Positions 47,877 to 57,478 of a DNA stretch of 64,000 nt are shown here, one piece after another (position 1 is the first letter of the stretch; every line of letters begins with the position of its first letter). A model generated the notes under the pieces. It worked only from the letters and a program-made list of their open reading frames with translations, was not told the DNA's origin and searched no databases. This DNA is from Vulcanimicrobiota bacterium. GTDB taxonomy: Bacteria > Vulcanimicrobiota > Vulcanimicrobiia > Vulcanimicrobiales > Vulcanimicrobiaceae. Location: NCBI GenBank assembly GCA_963786105.1, contig CAWAXX010000023.1:160001-224000 (forward strand), in the 5' to 3' direction. The position numbers and the translations under genes were made by a program.

Positions 47877-49037
47877 ATGCGCATTCGATTGACCTTGGCG
47901 GTTGCAGCGGTTCTGGTTGCCGGCGCCTGCAACGCCGCTGGAACCAATCAAGGTATACCGCCGGCGACCGCAGGCTCGACGCAAAGCGGGTCGGCCGACC
48001 GAGTTCAACCCAACGTCGATCATACGTCCGTCTTAAAGATGCTTACGACCACGGCCGTCATCGGATCGACCGTCGATCCGACCAACGGCGATCAAAACCC
48101 CTACGGTCTCGTTTACGTAAACGCGAAGCCGTTCGGGAAGAGCGTCTTGAAGAAAGGCGACCTGGTCGTCTGCAACTTCAACGACCAGGCAAACGTGCAA
48201 GGGAACGGTACGACGGTCGAATATATGCCGTCGACACCCGGATCTAGTCCGACTCGATTGATGCAAGACCCCTCGCTCAAAGGATGTGCGTCGCTCGTCA
48301 TCAACTCGTTTGACGAAGTGTTTGCGGCCAACTCCGGCGCCAAGAATGCCACCGGCATAAGCGCCGCTGGGAAGATCGTACAGACGCTGACGAACTCGAA
48401 GCTCCTGATCGAGCCGTGGGGCAGCGCCTACGTTCCGTCGCAAACCGGCTACCCGCCGGGAGACGGGCTTTGGGTCGGTGACGCGTCGAGCGGCAAAATC
48501 GTGCGCATCAACCTCGGTACGGGCGGCAAACCCACCTATACGCCGGTTATCTCGGGATTCGCCGTCAATCACGGCGTACCGGGCAGCATTCTAGGCCCGT
48601 CGGGAATGCAGTACAATGCGAAGAACGACACGTTGTACGTCGTCGACGGGGTCACGAATACGCTGGTCGCCTTCTCGCACGCATACAACGACCTTTTCCA
48701 AGCCAACTCGATCGTCGTAGGGTCGGACGGCAAGACCTTCACCGGTCCCAAGGCCAAGGATGCGAAGCTCATCTTTGCCGGGCCGCCGCTAAACGGACCG
48801 ATCAGCTCGACCCTACTGCCGAACGGCAACCTCGTGCTCGGCAATACGCTCAACAAAAACGGCAAGAATCTCATGGTCGAGATCGCCACCGACGGTACGC
48901 TGCTCGCCTACAAGAACGTGGACAAAGGGGCGGCGGGCGCATTGTTCGGCATCGTCGCGACCGGTACGTCCGACAGCACCACAAAAATCTACTTCAACGA
49001 CGATAACGGAAACAAGATCAAGGTCTTAGAACCGTAA
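47877..49037 (+). CDS. hypothetical lipoprotein, probable beta-propeller (paralog B)
   Basis: AAGGAG RBS, AGAC lipobox, colinear similarity to 46132..47277. Confidence 0.82.
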   Translation: MRIRLTLAVAAVLVAGACNAAGTNQGIPPATAGSTQSGSADRVQPNVDHTSVLKMLTTTAVIGSTVDPTNGDQNPYGLVYVNAKPFGKSVLKKGDLVVCNFNDQANVQGNGTTVEYMPSTPGSSPTRLMQDPSLKGCASLVINSFDEVFAANSGAKNATGISAAGKIVQTLTNSKLLIEPWGSAYVPSQTGYPPGDGLWVGDASSGKIVRINLGTGGKPTYTPVISGFAVNHGVPGSILGPSGMQYNAKNDTLYVVDGVTNTLVAFSHAYNDLFQANSIVVGSDGKTFTGPKAKDAKLIFAGPPLNGPISSTLLPNGNLVLGNTLNKNGKNLMVEIATDGTLLAYKNVDKGAAGALFGIVATGTSDSTTKIYFNDDNGNKIKVLEP

Positions 49038-51246
49038 ATCCAAGATCCGCGTCACGCCTCGGTGGCACGACGCGGACGGTCACTCGGTCGCGATCGCGGC
49101 CGTCGTTGGCTTCGAACGTCCAGGTTCCAAGTGTTACCGGCCAAAACGCGGTTCCGCTCGCATCGAGTGGAACCGCGTTGCCGTTTGCCGTCCATCGGAT
49201 CGCGCGCCCGGAATCGATCGCTCGCAACGACAATTGCTGCGTGCGTGCTTCAAGCCCGTTGACGGTGGAATTTCGAACGAAGACGTCTCCGGTACGCGGG
49301 AATACGATGCGTAGCCGCGAGGCGGCGTCGCCGGGATGGAGCGCGAGCCACGGATCGTATGCGCGCCCGAGCTCCACGGGCACCGCCCGGCGCACCGACG
49401 CGAGGTCGCGCGGCCGTACCCACTCTTGCACGACCGCGGGACAGCCCCGGTGCGGCGCGTGGCCGGTAGTCGCGCAGATGGAAGCGCGCACGAATCCGCT
49501 CGGCGGGTCGAACGGCGGGGGTTCGACGCGTTCATGCAGGTGCAGCATGATGCGATTCCAGAGCGGTCCGGCGCCAGTCACGCCGGAAACGCCGCGCATC
49601 GGAGTACCGTCGAAGTTGCCGACCCATGCGCCTACCGTGTAGTCGCGCGTAAAGCCGACCGTCCAGGTATCGCGAAAATCCGACGACGTGCCGGTTTTCA
49701 CCGCAGCCGGAAACGGCATCTCGAGGACGGAGTGAATGCCGAACGATTTAGCCCGAGCGTGCGGGTCGGCTAGCATGTCGGTCACCAGTTGCCACGTTGC
49801 CGGATCGCCGAGACGCGTTGCGGGCGGACGTTCCTCGGCCAACAGGTGCAGAGGAAGGACCGCGCCGTTGCGAGCCAGCGTTGCGTAGGCGCCGACGAGC
49901 TCCCAGAGACTGACTTCGCCGCCGCCCAACGTGAGACCCAACCCGTAGTACGACGGACGGTGGTCGAGGTGCACGAAGCCGAGGTCGTGCAGGCGCGCAA
50001 GAAAATGGTCGACTCCCAAGGCGGACAGTACGCGAACGGCCGGGACGTTGAGCGAGTTGGCCAACGCGTAGCGAACCCGAACCGGGCCGCTGAAACGGCC
50101 GCTGTAATCCGCCGGCTGGTAGAGCTTGCCGCCGGGAATGGCGTACGCCGCCGGCACGTCGGGAAGAATCGTCGTGGAGATGATGGCGCGCCGTTCCAGT
50201 GCGAGTTCGTACGTGAACGGCTTGAGTGAAGAGCCCGGCTGGCGCAGGGCGGTCACGCCGTCGTTGCGTCCGAGCTCTTCGTCGGAGAAATAGTCCGGAG
50301 AACCGACGTAGGCCAGAACCGCCCCGGTATGGTTGTCGACGACGAGCGCGGCCGCATCGGTGACGTGGTACGCTTGCAGAGCGCCGATGACGTCCTGCGT
50401 CTGTGCCTGCACGAAACGCTGAAGCGTCCGGTCGATAGTGGTTCGAACGCGGCCGCCGCGAACGTGAGGGTAGAGAAAGAACAGCGCGTGTGCGGCGTCG
50501 CCGATGCCGGTATCGTGGTTACGCACGTGCAGCGTTTCGCCGAAGGCTCGATCCGCACGCGGGCGCGAGATTTCGTGCAGTTCGACCATTCGGTTGAGGA
50601 CGTAGCGCTGACGCGCGCGCAGCGCCCGCCAATCGACGTCGGGCGCCAGGCGAGTAGGATCGTTCGGGATGGCGGCCAGCAGTGAAGCCTGTGCCAAGTC
50701 GAGATCGCCGGCCGATTCACCGAAGTAGGTGCGAGCGGCCGCCTCGACGCCGTAGAGGTTCCCGCCCATCGGAACGCGGTTTACGTAGGCTTCCAATATT
50801 GCCGGTTTGCTCGAGCGTATGGCGATCCGTTGAGCGCGCACGATTTGCACCAGTTTGCCGCCGAGTGTGCTGGGAGCCGGATGCAATAGCCGCGCCAACT
50901 GCATCTCGATCGTCGAGCCGCCGCTGCGGGCCTCGCCGAAGACCGCGAAGTCGCGCAGCGCCCGCGCCAGCGCGACGAGGTCGACCGCACCGTGACGCGA
51001 GAAACGCGCGTCTTCGGCCGCGACGATGGCGCGTAGAAATTCTGGGGAAACGCGTTCGAGCGGCACCGCGATTGCGTGCGTCGAGTCCGAGGCGAGAACG
51101 GTGCCCAGCGGCATACCGGTTCGGTCGGTGAACGTGACCGCTTCGTGCTTGCTGGGCAGGACTGAAACGTCGACGCCCCACAGATACGACGCCGTCATTC
51201 CCGCGGCGAAAACGAGCGTAACCAACGCGAGCGCAAAGAGTTTCAC
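49018..51246 (-). CDS. pbpC: penicillin-binding protein 1C
   Basis: EDARF..H.AVD, GGSTI.MQ, RQPGSSLKP, SLN, KTG; adjacent to an A2M gene. Confidence 0.9.
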   Translation of the reverse strand: MKLFALALVTLVFAAGMTASYLWGVDVSVLPSKHEAVTFTDRTGMPLGTVLASDSTHAIAVPLERVSPEFLRAIVAAEDARFSRHGAVDLVALARALRDFAVFGEARSGGSTIEMQLARLLHPAPSTLGGKLVQIVRAQRIAIRSSKPAILEAYVNRVPMGGNLYGVEAAARTYFGESAGDLDLAQASLLAAIPNDPTRLAPDVDWRALRARQRYVLNRMVELHEISRPRADRAFGETLHVRNHDTGIGDAAHALFFLYPHVRGGRVRTTIDRTLQRFVQAQTQDVIGALQAYHVTDAAALVVDNHTGAVLAYVGSPDYFSDEELGRNDGVTALRQPGSSLKPFTYELALERRAIISTTILPDVPAAYAIPGGKLYQPADYSGRFSGPVRVRYALANSLNVPAVRVLSALGVDHFLARLHDLGFVHLDHRPSYYGLGLTLGGGEVSLWELVGAYATLARNGAVLPLHLLAEERPPATRLGDPATWQLVTDMLADPHARAKSFGIHSVLEMPFPAAVKTGTSSDFRDTWTVGFTRDYTVGAWVGNFDGTPMRGVSGVTGAGPLWNRIMLHLHERVEPPPFDPPSGFVRASICATTGHAPHRGCPAVVQEWVRPRDLASVRRAVPVELGRAYDPWLALHPGDAASRLRIVFPRTGDVFVRNSTVNGLEARTQQLSLRAIDSGRAIRWTANGNAVPLDASGTAFWPVTLGTWTFEANDGRDRDRVTVRVVPPRRDADLGFTVLRP

Positions 51247-51282
51247 GACACTTCTTGTAATGATACGACGGCGAGGCCCCCG

Positions 51283-54200
51283 TTGCTCTTGAAAGGACGT
51301 ACGTTGCGCCTATTGCCCGGTTTGCTCGTGGCCGTTGGCGGCATTTTCGCGACCGCATCGTGCTCGACGCAGCCGGCCGCTCCGGCAAAGCTGCCCGCGG
51401 TCGCACCCATAGCAAAGCCGGTGCTTCCGGCTTGGATCGCCTCGGTTTCGCCCGTAGGCGGCAAGGTCGAATCGCTGGCGCAAATACGCGTGATCTTCAG
51501 CAAACCGATCGCGCCGGTCGCGTCGCTTTCGGGCGACGGTCCGCGAGCGATCCTCGATCACGTAACCATCGACCCGCCGCTCAAGGGGCGGTTCACCGTG
51601 CTGACGCCGCGCATGATCGGCTTCGTCGCCGAGCAGGCCTTGCCCGTAGGCACGCGGGTCCGGGTTACGCTTGCCTCCGGCTTGCGCGACTTGGCCGGGG
51701 ACGCGCTCAACGGCGACTTGGCGTGGACGTTCGAAACGGCGGCGGTCGAGTTCACGAATCTTCCGGAGCTCACGGTGCCCGATGGCGAATCGACGCCGCC
51801 GCCCGTCGGCCTGCGTCCGAAAATTTCCGTAACCGCAAACTCGGCCGTCGACACGGCGTCCTTAGCCGCGCACGCAAGCCTCACGGGCGCCGGCGAAAGC
51901 GTTCCCGTTAGCGTCACGCTCGAAGCACAACCCACGCCGTTTCCGGGCAGCGGTGCGGCCGAATCGTTCGACCCGTCGTTGAAAGACTGGGTTTACGACG
52001 TCATCCCGCAGCGCGATCTACACCTCGCGCAAGAGTATACCCTCGACATCGCGCCGGGGGTCGAGCCGGCCTACGGCAACGTTGCGACCGCCAAAGCGTT
52101 TACCGGAGGAGTGCGCACCTACGGAGCTTTGGCGATCGTCGCGACGCCGCGCCCGGGCGCCAACGACGGCGGCAGGTTTGCCGACGGGGATCCGGCGATC
52201 GCGTTTACTAATTCGCTCGATCCTGCGTCGATCGCGGGCGCGGTGAGCGTTTCGCCGGCTCCCGCCAACGTCAAATCCTTGGCGCAGCTTTCCGACGACG
52301 CCAGCTCGATTGCGATCGACCCCTACGCCCTCGATCCTGACTCGACCTACGCCGTGACGATCGCCGCCAGCGTCAAAGACGTCTTCGGGCAAACGCTCGG
52401 ACGCCCGCAAACGGTGACCGTTCGTACCGGCGACTTTGCGCCGGGCGCATGGGCGCCGACGGGTTCGAGCGTCGTACCGGCCGGACTGCAGGTGGCGCTG
52501 AACTTTTACGCCACCAATCTTCCCGGCAATCGATATCAAGCCGCGTACGCGCGGATGGATCCGCGAGGGCTGTTCGACTATCCCGACCCGCTCAAGACTC
52601 TGCCGGCGTGGCGGAGCTGGGACGCGCAGACGTTGAGCGGCGCGCGCCGTAACGTTCAGAGCGTCGTGCGGGTTCCGCTGCAAGGCCGGCTCGGCGGTAC
52701 GTTCGGTGCGCTCGCTTACGGCTTTCGCACCGCGCTCGATTCCAGCGACGGTTCCCCGAGCTTGACGGGTATCGCGCAGTTGACGAATCTCGGAGTCTTC
52801 GGGCAGTTCTTTCCGGATCGGGGCATGGTGTTGGTACAACACTTGAGCGACGGGGCGCCGGCCGCCGGCGTTCGGGTGACGCTCTATCGAAACATCGGTG
52901 GATCGAATGGTGCAACCGGCCCGGCGAAATGCGCGGACGCTACGACGGGAAGCAGCGGAGAAGCCGATTTTCACGGTGTCGATCTCGAGCGTTGCTACGC
53001 CGGAAGCACCACCAGCGACGCTCCCAATTTGGGCGTCGTCGCAACCGAGGGAAGCGATTCGGCGACGCTTTCGATCCTCGGCGCGAACGACGTCTATCGC
53101 TTCGACGTCAATCCGGGCTGGTCGAACGGCGCACCGCTGTCGCGTGGGACGGTTTTCAGCGACCGGCAGATGTATCAGCCCGGCGAGCGCGGCGAAATTA
53201 CAGGCGTGGCCTATTACGTGAGCGGTACGCGCGTCGTTGCCGACCGCAATGCCGTCTATCGCGTATCGCTCGTCGATCCGAGCAACAACTCGAGTTCGCT
53301 CGGCACCGCAAAAACCGATGCGTACGGAATCTTTTCCCTGCCGATCGCTTTTTCGAAACGGCAAGCATTGGGATACTACGCGGTCGATGCGAAGGGTGCC
53401 AGCGGCAACGACGTCAGCGGTTCTTTGCGCGTCGCCGAATTCAAGCCGCCGAACTTCAAGCTGACCCTCGACGTCAGCGCGGCCGCGGCGCCGGCGGGCG
53501 CCAGCGTCCACGCGACGGCTGCCGCCGCCTATCTCTTCGGCGCACCGTTGCAAGGTGGCGCGGTTCACGCCTACGTCACGCGTGAAGCCGCCACCGTAGC
53601 CCCGAAAGGATGGGACGATTTTTGGTTCGGACGCCAATGGTTCTGGCCTGAGAACACGCCCTCGTTCGACACCGACGTGCTGCAGCGCGATCTCGCGCTC
53701 GACGCGCAAGGCAAGACGAGCCTCGACGTCGCGGTTCCGGCGAGTCTTCCGTTTCCGATGACGTACACGGTCGACATGGAAGCGACCGACGTCTCGAATC
53801 TTTCGGTCTCCGATTCGAAGACGTTTCTGGCGCTGCCGGCGGATGCGGTCATCGGAATGGCTGCGGACGTGGTTGGATCTGCCGGAAAACCGATGCCGAT
53901 TCGCACGATCGTGACGGACGCCGACGGCCACGCCGTCGCCGGTCGCAGCCTTCACCTCGAGCTGCAAAAAATGACGTATACGTCGGCTACGCAACAAATG
54001 GAGGGCGGCGAAAGCGCGCAGCAGGCGGTGAAATACGAGACGGTCGCCACCGCCGACGCTACGACGGCGGATAAGGCGGTCGTGGTGAACCTTACGCCGG
54101 ATGCCGCCGGCCCGTACCGCGTGCGCGCCAACTTCGCCGGTGCGAAGGGCGAGGCTAGCGCAACCGACATTCAGATTTTTGCCTTCGGCACGGGCGAAGC

Positions 54201-56940
54201 GGACTGGGGCCAATCGGATCCGAACTCCATTGCCGTTCAACTCGACAAGAAATCTTACGCGATCGGCGATACGGCGACGGCGTTGGTGGCGTCGCCGTTC
54301 GATCGTGCGGACGTTTACGTCGCAGTCGTTCGCGGAGACGCACTCTATCGCACGACCCTTCGCGACGTGAGGGGCGCGACGCGCGTTTCTTTCAAGATCA
54401 CGCAGGAGATGCTCCCGAATGCTGCGATCGAAGCCGTCGTGGTGCGCCGCGGGGCCAACGTCGCATCGTTGAAGCCGGGGTCGCTCGACACGTTGTCGCG
54501 CGTCGGCATGGCGGCGTTCGACGTCGACGTGGCCGAACGCTATCTCACGCTCGGGATTGCGCCGCAGGCCGCGACGGTCGCTCCCGGCGATTCGCAGCGC
54601 GTGACCTTTACGCTGGCGCGCAAGAACGGCGGCCCGGCGCCGGGCGAAATCGTAGCCATGGTCGTCAACGACGCGATCCTGCAGCTCTCGGGATATCGGC
54701 TTCCCGACCTGGTGACAACCGTTTTTGCCCAGCAGCCGATATCGACGATTCTCTCGGACAATCGCGAGAGCGTGGTGCTCAAAACGCAGATGCCGCCGGC
54801 GGAAAAAGGCTTCGGATACGGTGGAGGCTATCTGGCGGGCGCGGCCAGCACGCGCGTGCGTCAGCATTTTTTGCCGACGGCTTATTACGGCGTGGTGAAG
54901 ACCGATTCGTCGGGCAAGGCGACCGTGACGTTCGCGATGCCCGACGACCTTACGACGTGGCGGGTGATGGCGGTCGCGATCGGGGGAGATGACGCACATT
55001 TCGCGACCGGCGATTCGACCTTCGTTTCGACGCAGCCGCTGATCAGCAATCCGCTGTTACCGCAGTTCGCGCGCACCGGCGATACGTTCGATGCCGGAGT
55101 TTCGCTGTCTAACCAAACCGGCGCCGGCGGGGCGTTGGACCTCGTTTTGAAACTCACCGGGGCGCTGACGTTTGCGGGCGGCGATCCCCGCTCGCAAACT
55201 GCCAACGAACAAGCCGTAACCGGCATGCAGGCGTACCGCTTCCCGGTCGTTGCCGGCACGCCCACGCCGAGCAGTTTCGGCGCTTCCAGCGTGCTTGGAG
55301 CGCAGCGCGACGCGTTCGCGGTGCCGTTTACCATCAGCAACGCCGCGATCACCGATTCGGTCATTGAAAGCGGCGCGGCGACGAAGGGCACACCCGCGAC
55401 GATTCCCATCGCGCTCGATCGCGGCGGTTGGGTAAACGTGACGCTGGCAAACTCGATCGTCCCGCAGTTTGCCGTGCCTTCGGACGAAATGATGATGCGC
55501 GACCCGTTGCCGCTGGCCGACGAAACGGCGTCGCGGCTCGTGGTGGCGAGCGCGCTGAAGGGTCTGCGCGCACCATACCGACTGAAGCTCGGCTTCGATC
55601 CGGCGGCGGAAGCCGGTGCGAATCTCACGCGGCTGCTGGCATTTCAGCGCGGCGACGGCGGTTTCGGTGAGACGCTCGCGACACGCGAAAGCGATCCGTT
55701 CGTCAGCGCCTACGCACTCGATGCGCTGCTGTTCGCGCGCGCGCACGGCGTCGCCGTGGATACGGCAGCAGCCTCGCGCGCTCGCGCGTTCATGGCTGCG
55801 GCGTTAGCCAATCCGGGACGCTTTCGGTGGTGCGCGGACGCGCTCTGCAAAGCGCAACTGCGATTCGAGGCGCTTTGGGCGCTCGCGCAGGCCGGCGATC
55901 GCCGCACCGATTTTCTGAGCGACATCGTCGCGCGGTCGTCGTCTTTCGACAGCGCGACCCAAATACGTCTCGCGCGCTACTTATTGCAAACGTCGGGCTG
56001 GCAAGGGCAGGGCGCGGCGATGTCCGACCATGCGGTGCAAACGCTCTACATCACCGGCCGATATGCGGTTGCCAACGCGTCGACGCGCTGGGGCTGGCTG
56101 GGTTCGTTGGTCGATGCGCAAGCGCAAATCTTGCAGCTGCTGATCGAACGGCGCGCTCCAGTCGAGCAGCTCGACGGTGCGGTGCGTGCATTGGTAGCCC
56201 AGCAGTGCAAGTGTGGATGGCCGACAACGACCGACACGGCCTCGGCCTTGACGGCGCTCGCGGCGTACGCCCGGACGGAACGTCTCGGGCCGGCCACCGG
56301 AAAAGTAACCGTCGGCGGCGCCACTGTCGCAACTGCTCCGTTCGGGGCGACCGCCTCGTCGCAAACCTTCACGTTGGCGGCGTCGTCGTTGCGCGGCAAC
56401 GCGGCGGTCGTGCATGCGCAGGGTGGGACGGTGCACTACGTTCTGCTGTACACGTACGACGTACCCAGCGATGCGCCGGGCGAACTGTCAGCGTTCCGCG
56501 TCGTTCGGCAGGTGACGACGCCGGGGTCGACCGCCGCGCCGCTTGCGACGATCGACCTCGCACCGGCGGCGCCGCTGGACGTCACCACCGGACGCGTCTT
56601 CGACGTCGGCGTGCGGGTCATCGTCGACCATCCCGTCGATCGCATCGTTATCGAAGACGCGCTTCCGGCAGGTTTCGAAGCGGTGGACACGACCTTTCGC
56701 ACGACGCTTAAAGCCGTCGTGCCCCAGAGCGACAGCTGGGAAATCGACACCCAACAGATTTATCGAGACCGCGTCGTCGCTTACGCGCAGCATCTCGACG
56801 CCGGCGTCTACGACGTGCACTACTTGGCGCGCGCGGTGACGCCGGGTAGCTTCCGTTGGCCGGGCGCGCACGCCTACCTAACGGCCGCGCCGGAGCAGTT
56901 TGGGCGAAGCGCTGCCACGACGCTACGCGTTACGCCGTAA
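51283..56940 (+). CDS. bacterial alpha-2-macroglobulin family lipoprotein
   Basis: TASC lipobox, SDRQMYQPGE, VAEFKPP, MPDDLTTWR, FQRGDGGFG, DALPAGFE. Confidence 0.9.
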   Translation: MLLKGRTLRLLPGLLVAVGGIFATASCSTQPAAPAKLPAVAPIAKPVLPAWIASVSPVGGKVESLAQIRVIFSKPIAPVASLSGDGPRAILDHVTIDPPLKGRFTVLTPRMIGFVAEQALPVGTRVRVTLASGLRDLAGDALNGDLAWTFETAAVEFTNLPELTVPDGESTPPPVGLRPKISVTANSAVDTASLAAHASLTGAGESVPVSVTLEAQPTPFPGSGAAESFDPSLKDWVYDVIPQRDLHLAQEYTLDIAPGVEPAYGNVATAKAFTGGVRTYGALAIVATPRPGANDGGRFADGDPAIAFTNSLDPASIAGAVSVSPAPANVKSLAQLSDDASSIAIDPYALDPDSTYAVTIAASVKDVFGQTLGRPQTVTVRTGDFAPGAWAPTGSSVVPAGLQVALNFYATNLPGNRYQAAYARMDPRGLFDYPDPLKTLPAWRSWDAQTLSGARRNVQSVVRVPLQGRLGGTFGALAYGFRTALDSSDGSPSLTGIAQLTNLGVFGQFFPDRGMVLVQHLSDGAPAAGVRVTLYRNIGGSNGATGPAKCADATTGSSGEADFHGVDLERCYAGSTTSDAPNLGVVATEGSDSATLSILGANDVYRFDVNPGWSNGAPLSRGTVFSDRQMYQPGERGEITGVAYYVSGTRVVADRNAVYRVSLVDPSNNSSSLGTAKTDAYGIFSLPIAFSKRQALGYYAVDAKGASGNDVSGSLRVAEFKPPNFKLTLDVSAAAAPAGASVHATAAAAYLFGAPLQGGAVHAYVTREAATVAPKGWDDFWFGRQWFWPENTPSFDTDVLQRDLALDAQGKTSLDVAVPASLPFPMTYTVDMEATDVSNLSVSDSKTFLALPADAVIGMAADVVGSAGKPMPIRTIVTDADGHAVAGRSLHLELQKMTYTSATQQMEGGESAQQAVKYETVATADATTADKAVVVNLTPDAAGPYRVRANFAGAKGEASATDIQIFAFGTGEADWGQSDPNSIAVQLDKKSYAIGDTATALVASPFDRADVYVAVVRGDALYRTTLRDVRGATRVSFKITQEMLPNAAIEAVVVRRGANVASLKPGSLDTLSRVGMAAFDVDVAERYLTLGIAPQAATVAPGDSQRVTFTLARKNGGPAPGEIVAMVVNDAILQLSGYRLPDLVTTVFAQQPISTILSDNRESVVLKTQMPPAEKGFGYGGGYLAGAASTRVRQHFLPTAYYGVVKTDSSGKATVTFAMPDDLTTWRVMAVAIGGDDAHFATGDSTFVSTQPLISNPLLPQFARTGDTFDAGVSLSNQTGAGGALDLVLKLTGALTFAGGDPRSQTANEQAVTGMQAYRFPVVAGTPTPSSFGASSVLGAQRDAFAVPFTISNAAITDSVIESGAATKGTPATIPIALDRGGWVNVTLANSIVPQFAVPSDEMMMRDPLPLADETASRLVVASALKGLRAPYRLKLGFDPAAEAGANLTRLLAFQRGDGGFGETLATRESDPFVSAYALDALLFARAHGVAVDTAAASRARAFMAAALANPGRFRWCADALCKAQLRFEALWALAQAGDRRTDFLSDIVARSSSFDSATQIRLARYLLQTSGWQGQGAAMSDHAVQTLYITGRYAVANASTRWGWLGSLVDAQAQILQLLIERRAPVEQLDGAVRALVAQQCKCGWPTTTDTASALTALAAYARTERLGPATGKVTVGGATVATAPFGATASSQTFTLAASSLRGNAAVVHAQGGTVHYVLLYTYDVPSDAPGELSAFRVVRQVTTPGSTAAPLATIDLAPAAPLDVTTGRVFDVGVRVIVDHPVDRIVIEDALPAGFEAVDTTFRTTLKAVVPQSDSWEIDTQQIYRDRVVAYAQHLDAGVYDVHYLARAVTPGSFRWPGAHAYLTAAPEQFGRSAATTLRVTP

Positions 56941-56961
56941 AGCGAAACGATTTACTGGGGC

Positions 56962-57402
56962 ATGTACCGCTGCGTTCTGGTGGCCACCGACGGATCCGAG
57001 GCGTCGATGTCGGCCGTTCGCACCGCCGTCGAGCTGACGCGTTCGCTGGGTGGCGACGCTCGGCTGCACGTTGCCTCAGTCGTCGCCTACGCGGGCGTTC
57101 CGGGCGTCCTCGCCAAGCACCCGGCCGGCGCTCCCGACCTGCTCGCCGAAGGGGCGCAAGCCGCGCTCGACGATGCGCGTGCAGCGGTCGCGGCCGAGGG
57201 TCTGGTGGCAGAGATGCACCTCTTACACGGTGAGGTCGTCGAGGCGCTGCTTGCCTGCGCGACAAAGGTCGGCGCGGATATCGTGGTTGCGGGCTTTCAC
57301 GGTCAGAATCGGTTGGCTCGGCTCGTCATGGGCAGCGTGGTCGGGAAGCTCGTGCGGTCGACCAAACTGCCGGTCGTCGTGGTGCCGTCAGCGCGGGAAT
57401 AG
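56962..57402 (+). CDS. universal stress protein
   Basis: MYRCVLVATDGS, IVVAG.HG, MGSV. Confidence 0.88.
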   Translation: MYRCVLVATDGSEASMSAVRTAVELTRSLGGDARLHVASVVAYAGVPGVLAKHPAGAPDLLAEGAQAALDDARAAVAAEGLVAEMHLLHGEVVEALLACATKVGADIVVAGFHGQNRLARLVMGSVVGKLVRSTKLPVVVVPSARE

Positions 57403-57478
57403 CGCCGGTTCGGTGAATACGGATGCCCCCCGCCGCGGTTGATGAACAGGAAGCACGTCTGAGGAAAAGAGTGAAAGT

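Noticed and set aside
52018..54999. 993-aa minus-strand ORF
   Set aside because: Antisense shadow of the A2M gene; Arg-rich, no motifs, expected in high-GC coding DNA. The same applies to most other overlapping ORFs in the track.
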